From the NCBI RefSeq assembly GCF_009914755.1, contig NC_060940.1: 64,000 nucleotides of DNA; one strand, given 5' to 3'. Positions 56,151-64,000 of this stretch are shown one piece after another (the stretch's first letter is position 1; every line of letters begins with the position of its first letter). The translations under genes and the position numbers were made by a program. The stretch comes from the human T2T-CHM13v2.0 reference genome, Homo sapiens. Under the pieces are notes generated by a model that was given only the letters and a program-made list of their open reading frames with translations, did not search any database and was not told the DNA's origin.

Positions 56151-56446
56151 GAATTCAAACATATGCTGAGCACTTATTATATGGGCTTCCTGTTTTCCCT
56201 GTTCTCTGTCTTCCTACATTTCATTGTTCACACAGACAACCTCACTTTGCACACTGTTTCCAAATAAAACCACTTGTACTCATAACTTCCAAGGTAAGAC
56301 ATATGCTGCATGCCTCTGGGCCTACCTCTGGGAAGATTTGGGACAAGTGGCTGGAAAAGTCTACTACTTTCTAAGACTTCTCAGAGCTAACTTCTGAAAG
56401 TTTGTGATGAGATCCTAACATTCTGTGCCTATGAAACCAACCCATC

Positions 56447-56811
56447 TGATATGGTTTGGCTGTGTCCCCACCCAGAATCTCTTCTTAATTGTAATCCCCA
56501 CATGTCAAGGGCAGGACCAGGTGGAGGTAACTGAATCATGGGGGCAGTTTCCTTCATGCTGTTCTCATGGTAATGAGTGAGTCTCACAAGAACTGACTGT
56601 TTTATAAGCATCTGGCATTCCCCTGCTTGCACTCACTCTGTGCTGCCACCCTGTGAAGAAGATGCCTGCTTCTCCTTGTCTTCTGCCATGATTGTAAGTT
56701 TCCTGAGGCCTCCCCAGCAACTCGGAACGGTGAGTCAATTAAACCCCTTTCCCTTATAAATTACCCAGTCTCGGGCAATTCTTTATAGCAGCATGAGAAT
56801 GGACTCATATA
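56447..56811 (+). mobile_element. THE1C/D-like solo LTR
   Basis: THE1 termini; perfect 5-bp TSD ccatc. Confidence 0.92.
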
Positions 56812-56951
56812 CCATCTCACTGTGGCAAGACCAGGGATCCTATTCTTCTAATGGGACCCTCTTGGGAGAGGCATTTGGAGTCTTGTCTTACTGGTCTAGA
56901 AATTTTGTAACATGTATATCTAGTCCTTTGTGTTCCGATGTGGATAGCAGC

Positions 56952-57288
56952 TGATGAGGTTTGGCTGTGTCCCCACCCAAATCTCACCTTGAGTGGTAAT
57001 AATCCCCAAGTGTCGAGGGTGGGGCCATCTAGAGTAATGGAATCATGGGGGCAGTTTTCCCCGTACTGTTCTTATGGTAGCGAATAAGTCTCAAGAGATC
57101 TGATAGTTATATAAACGGGAGTTCTCCTGCATGAGCTCCCTTGCTTGCTGCCATGTAAGTTGTGACTTTGCTTCTCATTCTCCTTCTGAATGATTATGTG
57201 GAACTGTGAGTCAATTAAACCTCTTTCCTTTACAAATTAGCCAGTCTTGGGTATATCTTTATTAGCAGTATGAGGATAGACTAATACA
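56952..57288 (+). mobile_element. THE1B-like solo LTR inserted in an L1
   Basis: tgatgaggtttggctgtgtcccc...gactaataca. Confidence 0.9.
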
Positions 57289-57720
57289 GAAACATTATTC
57301 GTAATAGACAAAAAGTGGAAACAACTCCAATGTCCATCAGCTGGTGAGTAGATAAACAACATGGTCTATCCATACAATGGATTATTATTCAGCCATAAAA
57401 AAGAATGAAGTATTAATACACACTGCAACATGTACAACCCTCAAAAACATTATGCTAAGTGAAAGAATCCAGACCCAAAAAACTACCTACTATATGACTC
57501 CATTTATATTAAATCTTCAAAATAGGCGAATCTGTAGAGACAGAAAATTGATCAGTAGTTGCCAGGGGCTGGGAGTGGGCATGAAGAGTTAGTACAAATT
57601 GGCCCAAGGTTTATTTTTGGGGGTGATGAAATGTTCTAAAAGTAGGTAGTGGTGATGGTCGCACAACTCTGTAAATGTACTAAAAATTAATAGTCGCAAA
57701 AATAAAGAGTAAGAAAAAAG
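57289..57720 (+). mobile_element. L1MB-like 3' end
   Basis: ORF2 C-terminus 'MDYYSAIKKNEVL' followed by the 3' UTR. Confidence 0.85.
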
Positions 57721-58198
57721 TAAAGTAGAATTAGAAAAAAATATTTTTAATCCCTGCATAATTCTGAGTTTAACATGTTCATGGTTATTGTAAAGAAAAT
57801 TAAAAATAGATAAATGTATTATTTTAATGTTAATTACCTAGAGAAATAATCACCACTTACATTTTTATATATGTCTTTCTAATTTTTCTCTAATCATATG
57901 TAGATTTTTAAATTAGGATCACACTATGTTTTTAGTTATGTCTATTAATGACAAGATATAAAGCACTTATATATATAGCTACTGAACAACAGAACCTGTG
58001 AAAAAAAATCTCAGTGTTTTTTAGCTAAGTGGAAATCCTGTTTGGTCAAGGTTTTTCATGAAATAAAATCCCTGAAATTTAAATAGACAAAAAAACACAC
58101 ACACAAATTGTAATCGCAATAGGTTTGTTAACCAATGCACACAGCAAATCAATATGCCATGACACCAGGTTGCAGCAGAGAAACAGGTTTAATCATAG

Positions 58199-58747
58199 TG
58201 TTAATGGAAAGGGGTCATGATCCAGACCCCAAGAGAGGGTTCTTGGATCTCATGCAAGAAAGAATTCAGGGCTAGTCCACAGAGTAAAGTGAAAGCAAGT
58301 TTATTAGGAAAGTAAAGGAATAAAAGAATGGCTACGACATCGAGCAGCCCCAAGGGCTGCTGGTTGCCCATGTTTATAGTTTTTTCTTGATGATATGCTA
58401 AACAAAGGGTGAATTATTCATGCCTCCCCTTTTTAGACCATATAGGGTAACTTCCTGATGTTGCCATGGCATTTGTAAACTGTCATGGTGCTGGTTGGAG
58501 TGTAGCAACGAGGATGACCAGAGGTCACTCTCATCGCCATCTTGGTCTTGGTGGGTTTTAGCCATCTTCTTTATTGCAACCTGTTTTATCAGCAAGGTCT
58601 TTATAACCTATATCTTGTGCTGACCTCCTATCTCATCCTGTGACTTAGAATGCCTTAACCGTCTGGGAATGCAGCCCAGTAGGTCTCATCCTCATTTTAC
58701 CCAGCTCCTATTCAAGATGGAGTTGCTCTGGTTCAAACACCTTGACC
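58199..58747 (-). mobile_element. MER41A solo LTR
   Basis: 'gatccagaccccaagagagggttcttggatctc...caagatggagttgctctggttcaaac'; lacks the GAS block; TSD atag/acag. Confidence 0.88.
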
Positions 58748-59099
58748 ACAGGGTCACAGAACGAGAAGATGGGAGGGAACCTCAAAGCCATTTCCCCAAG
58801 GAAGTTGAGGCTTGGGTTTTTGAGGGCTTTGGAGTGGGCAGAAGTGTGGAGATCAAGAGTACAGGGTGAAGTCATAGGAAGGGGAGAGGAAGCAGCTGTG
58901 TTCTCATGCTGATCCTGTTCCCCTGTGGGAGACTTCCAACTGGTGGCTGGAATTCTGGGGAGGTGTGTCTGAAAAACATCTTAAGTGTCTATAGGAACAA
59001 TGGGGATGCAAATCAATTCTTAAACAGTCTTCTGGCCTTAATGTCAGAGATCCTATCTAGGGGAACGGTGGGGAAGCAAATGTCAGGATCTAGTGCTAC

Positions 59100-59675
59100 T
59101 GTAACTGAGGAACTGGTTAGCCACTCACTGCAGCAGAGTCCAATTAACAAGATCCAGGCCTGGTACAAGAAAAGTGAATTTATTTTTGAAGCTAGCTTGG
59201 AAAGACACAAAGTGTCCTGCTTTAAGTGTGCTGCTTCATCTTTGGAGCAAAAAGCAGACATGTTTATAAGGTTAAAGGGGAAGAGAGCAAGGGCAGGAAG
59301 TCCCCCTGCTAGCCTGGTGTCTTATCTACCAAACAGCTGAGTTGGCATACAGTTGAGTTGGTGCCTTCCTGGGCAGAAATAAGTTGTAAAAGTGGCCAAG
59401 TGGGCGTGTTTTCACCATGTCCTCCTGAGGCCACCCCAGAAGTGGGAGTTCCGTGGAGATGTGCTTTGATCTGCAAATTGACTGTCAATTCTGGAGAAGA
59501 GATCATTGGGGCACGTAGATGACCTTGCCTTGTAGGGAATGTGTGGTGAGGGGGAGGTGAGAGGTTATTTTGCATTTCAAAAAGGGCTAGGTAGGAAGCA
59601 GGCTGAAAGGGGAAAGGAGAAGAGAAGAGAAAAAAGTAATTAAACCACCTCAGAAAAATCAGGGTACTTGGTTAC
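59100..59675 (-). mobile_element. ERV1-class solo LTR (subfamily not resolved)
   Basis: Inverted termini tgtaac...ggttac; reverse poly(A)-like 'aatttatt'. Confidence 0.6.
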
Positions 59676-60167
59676 GGTACATGACCTACTGCAACAAGGA
59701 ACTGGGCCAGGGTGCAGCCTGATTAACGCTGAATTATAACTGTATTTGTACCCAGAACCTGGCATGCAATTCCCGTCAACCCTGTGGGGATGGTTTCAAA
59801 ACCTGACCCTGTTTCTCATTGCATCCACACCCACAGCGTCAAAGCAATGCCAGGAGAACCACGCGTGGCTCATGTTTCTTGGAGGAGTCCTGGTTCAGTT
59901 CTACAGGCTTCCCACACAAAGCAATATACTGTTGGCCATGTAGGTAAGAAAAGCACAGGAAACTGTTTTTTACCCTTTCTACCAGTGTTTAGTACCAACC
60001 ACAAGCACCAAAATACTCAAACTTCGAGCTCTGTGGCTCTGGCTCTTATGGACGGGGAAGTGCTTTACAATTGCCAGGCATTCCATTCACTTTATAGAAT
60101 AGCCAGAAAGCTCCAGGGATGGGGATGCCCTGCCAGGGGGCCACAGCTCTTAAACAGGTGACATGCT

Positions 60168-60718
60168 TGTGACTGGAAAGAGGTCCCGATCCAGACTCCA
60201 AGAGAGAGTTCTTAGATCTCACGCAAGAAAGAATTCAGTGCGAGTCCATTAAGTGAAAGCAAGTATATTAGGAATGTAAAGGAATAAAAGAATGGCTACT
60301 CCCCGTAGACAGAGCAGCCCCAAAGGCTGCTGGTTGCCCATTTTTGAGGTTATTTATTGATGATATGCTAAACAAGGGGAGGATTATTCATGCCTCCCCT
60401 TTTTAGATCATAGAGAGTAACCTCCTGATGTTGCCATGGCATTTGTAAACTGTCATGGTGCTGGTGGGAGTGCAGTAGTGAGGACCACGAGAGGTCACCC
60501 TTGTCACCATGTTGATTTTGGTGGGTTTTGGCCAGCTTCTGTACTGCAACCTGTTTTATCAGAAAGGTCTTTATGTCCTGTATCTTATGCTGACCTCCTA
60601 TCTCATCCTGTGACTTAGAATGCCTTAACCACCTGGGAAGGCAGCCCAGTAGATCTCTGCCTCATTTTACCCAGCACCTATTCAAGATGGAGTTGCTCTG
60701 ATTTCAATGCCTCTGACA
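60168..60718 (-). mobile_element. MER41A solo LTR
   Basis: Colinear with the 58199 copy; ends gcctctgaca. Confidence 0.88.
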
Positions 60719-62591
60719 CACTAATGTTAGAGCACCTTGGACATGTTCCTTAATCTGAGTGTCTAGTTTTCTTTTCTAGAAAATGAGAAAAAACTAGAAT
60801 GTAGACCCCCATGTGCTCAAAGCAACAACCTGCCTGGTTTGCTTGGACTTTTCCTAGACTGTATGATAACAGGTGCTCGATTCCTCTATGTAAATCTTCA
60901 CCTTTTATTAATCATATTACCCTGCTTCTCTTAGAAAACGCACAGTTCTGCCCTCCCTACACCAAGATCACAAAAGGCTAAGTGTAAGTCATGAGCCAAC
61001 CAGACCAAGAGTAACCCAGGCAGGCCAGGTGGCCAACTTGGCCATCTCATAGGCAGTTATCACTGCTCAACTTGAAGAAATACAAGGTTAATTATTGGAG
61101 TTTGAAATCCAGCAGTGGAATCCATGTGGTCCTATCGTGGTCATATAATGTGCTGAGGCTCTTACAAGTTGTCAGTGCTGAGTGGGAACGACAAAGCCAG
61201 AAACAAGGGCAAGCAGAGGTTGAATGCCAGGAAGACCGTGGCAGGGTGCCAAGTCCATGAAGCAAAAGCACCGCCATGGTCTAAAAGGCATAGTCCTCTA
61301 GAGCAACAGAGCCAGTAACTCAGATCCAAAGGAAAGAAAATGATAACCCTTTCCCCCTCAAGACTTGCCATTGTATGGCAGCAGGAGGGCTGCTTGCAAA
61401 ATAAATAACCCACCAACATTTGTAGGTTGGAGATCTCTCAGTCAAGAGTGACAGGCTGTCACTGAAAATGGGTCGGAAGGAAAACTGTCATTCCTACTAA
61501 GCAATTTTAAATAGGCTTTGTTTCCAGATATCTGTGCCTACAAGTCCTCATTTCCTCATTTGGAAATGGGATTTGATATGGTTGTATTAGGAGGTAAAAT
61601 TAAAAATATCTCCTTACATCCCATTCACACTGCTGCATGATGGAATTGCCAACCTTGTAACCAAAACACATGTCTTTCTAATAAGAAGTCAATGACACAA
61701 GAGAAAAGAGATTCCTGCAGCTAAGGTTTGCTCCTGGTATTTTCCCCATGATATCACCCAACACAATGTACACTCTGTGGGTGGAGAAGGATGGGGGGTG
61801 ACTTTTTAGCTTGTATACTTATTTGAGAACCTTAAATGAGATGCCTATTAAACTATCCATGTATACAAATAGACTCAATATTAAGAAAAGAAGTAGTATA
61901 AGACTGAAAGACATGCTTAAGAGAAAGGAGGGAGCCATACTTCAGGAATGGAGAAATGAAGAAAAATCTATACGGCTAAAGTCAGGTTAGCTAGGAGGGA
62001 ACATATGAGGAAGGCCCAAGTCTTATGCTGCTAGAAGCCAGGGCAGAGGCAGTAGGCTGGAAAGGACCAGTGGTCATCTTGGAAATATGTGCTCCACTTG
62101 AAGCCATTTGGATAAAAAATAAGAATTCTTAGAACACTGGACATCCCAGAAACACGATAAATTAGCAGACCAAATGCCAGTCTGCAACTGCTGGTTAAAA
62201 AGAAAAATCCAATTACTTATAACACTGAATATAGGTCAGCAGAAACTCCCGGCATCAAAGAAACTCTGACCATAAAGACTTAGTGTATATTTTTACAAAA
62301 CACTTCACAGGGCCTTGTGGATCAATCATGGATTCAATTTTGTTCTACAAATTAAAATCAAGCCATGTTTAAAGCAATCTCATTAAGTCGCTTGCCAACG
62401 GGTGCACACAGTACCACACTCCTGGTGTGACATGACCATTCTTATCATTCATTTTTGGAACCCTCCTTTCATGGATACACCACCCCTCACCTCACTTCCC
62501 TGCTTCTGCCTTACCTGTGCTTTCCCTGTGGCTTACCTGGATTATCACAACCAGATCCCCTGCAGTTTTCAGCCTTGCCAACATCTGAACA

Positions 62592-63451
62592 TGTCAAAGA
62601 AAAATGGGCAGGACAGAGTTTGAAAGGCAAAGCCTTTATTCAAGGCTACAATAAGGGAGAGAGATTGAACTAACTCTGCTGAAACAAACAATGGGACGAT
62701 TTTTAAGAGCTGGGATGAGCTAATGGAAAAGTACTGGAAGATGTTTGTGGGGAGGTTGGTCCATGTGATTAGGCATCTGTGTTTGCTAATGGGTGTTTAC
62801 TGGAGTTAGGCTCCAACCCTTCCACAGAGACTGAGAGACAGAGACACTATTCCTTTCCATGATTACATTTCAAAGAGATGTCAGGTCCTTGAGAAAAGTG
62901 GTCCTGGGTTGCAAAACTAGCAACAGGTTGGAAGATTTACATCTCACAGGGACAGAGAAAGAATTTACAATTGCAAGTTTCTAAAGTAAATGCTTCAAGA
63001 AAAGAGAAGTCAAGGCCTATATTAGTCCATTCTCATACTACTGTATAGCTACTACTCGATACTGGGTAATTTATAAAGGAAAGAGGTTTAATTGGCTCAT
63101 AGTTCCACATGGCTGGGGAGGCCTCAGGAAACTTACAATCATGGTGGAAGGCAAATGGGAAGCAAGGACCTTCTTCACATGGTGTCAGGAGAGAGAAGTG
63201 CTAGCAGGTTAAATGCCAGACACTTATAAAACCATCCGATCTCATGAGAACTCACTCACTATCAAGAGAACAGCATGGGGGAAACCACCCCCATGATCCA
63301 ATCATCTCCCTCCCTCAATATGTGGGGATTACAATTGGAGATGAGATTTGGGTGGAGACACAAAGCCAAACCATATCAGGGCTCTAGAGTCTGAAAGAAG
63401 CCCATCTAAAGTGTAGTCCAGCACAGGGGAAGGTTATGGCCCTCTTGGTCA
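62592..63451 (-). mobile_element. ERV1 LTR (MER31/MER67-like) interrupted by a THE1
   Basis: 'tgtcaaagaaaaa...ggtccttgagaaa...gcaagtttctaaagtaaatgc...cttggtca'. Confidence 0.65.
63018..63378 (-). mobile_element. THE1C/D (or MSTA) solo LTR
   Basis: 'tattagtccattctca...agccaaaccatatca'. Confidence 0.9.
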
Positions 63452-64000
63452 AGCCTATCTATCCTTAGGAGGTAAGGAAGTTCTTCTAGCCTTGCCTCAA
63501 ACCCAGGGTGAGCATTAGTATATGGTGATTCTCCTGGTGGCTGAGCCACAGGCTCCAACACTGTTCCCCAGTCATGAGGCTCTAAACCACTACCCCACAG
63601 AGGCCCATTTCTATAATAAGGTCCTGCTCCCAAGCTTCCTCCTTTCTCTCCATCCTTATCCCTCCCCCTTCCCTGCCTGGCATGGTCTTGTAGCTGGAAG
63701 ACGAGGCCTCAGCTCTGGGGTCTCATTTCTGCTTCACAAACCTCCATCAGCACAGACTGTCCCCATGTGGAGCCCAGCCCCCTGCTGTTATCTCTGAAAA
63801 AGATCTACTCAACTCTATAATCATTTTCGGCTACTGAGCTATTCGTACTACAGAAATAGTAAATGCTATTTTACTGTGCATGGCCGGTGATACCAGCAAG
63901 CCTAGGACATTGGTCCCAGCGCCTATCCTGCCTATTGTCCTACTACAGGGACAACTATGACTATGCTAGCTGGAAATGATGATTCCTTGGGTACCCAGCC

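Larger units (their letters stand above)
58109..59798 (-). mobile_element. Older ERV1-class LTR split by two nested LTR insertions
   Basis: LTR-like host segments at 58109-58198, 58748-59099 and ~59676-59798 (ends ggtttca). Confidence 0.55.

Noticed and set aside
58199-60718. Two MER41 LTRs as the ends of one provirus
   Set aside because: Each has its own TSD-like flanks, and the intervening DNA is other LTR and unique sequence, with no gag/pol remnant seen.

Overview
This is human-type genomic DNA (Alu, L1PA, THE1 and MER41 are all present). It lies almost entirely within the long introns of CDH13 (T-cadherin), which is transcribed on the + strand. The only well-supported coding sequence is one 143-nt internal exon at 37917-38059 ([49 protein letters not shown]), from recall exon 11, in cadherin repeat EC4. 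The rest is a repeat-rich intron: 14 Alu elements or fragments, L1 pieces including a ~7-kb decayed sense L1, L2 and MIR, MaLR/ERV solo LTRs, hAT and mariner MITEs, and simple repeats. Repeat families were assigned by eye from remembered consensus sequences, so subfamilies and boundaries are approximate. I found no demonstrable new gene system. The best leads are: (i) a 19-bp minisatellite that places ~26 RBFOX (UGCAUG) motifs and ~9 consensus-like 5' splice sites on the pre-mRNA; (ii) a sense THE1 LTR whose TATA box, ATG and splice donor would join in frame to the CDH13 exon; (iii) a candidate in-frame alternative terminal exon behind a long poly(T) tract; (iv) an NF-Y/ETS promoter-like element; and (v) local templated duplications. 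Leads (i)-(iv) are hypotheses about function and need expression data.
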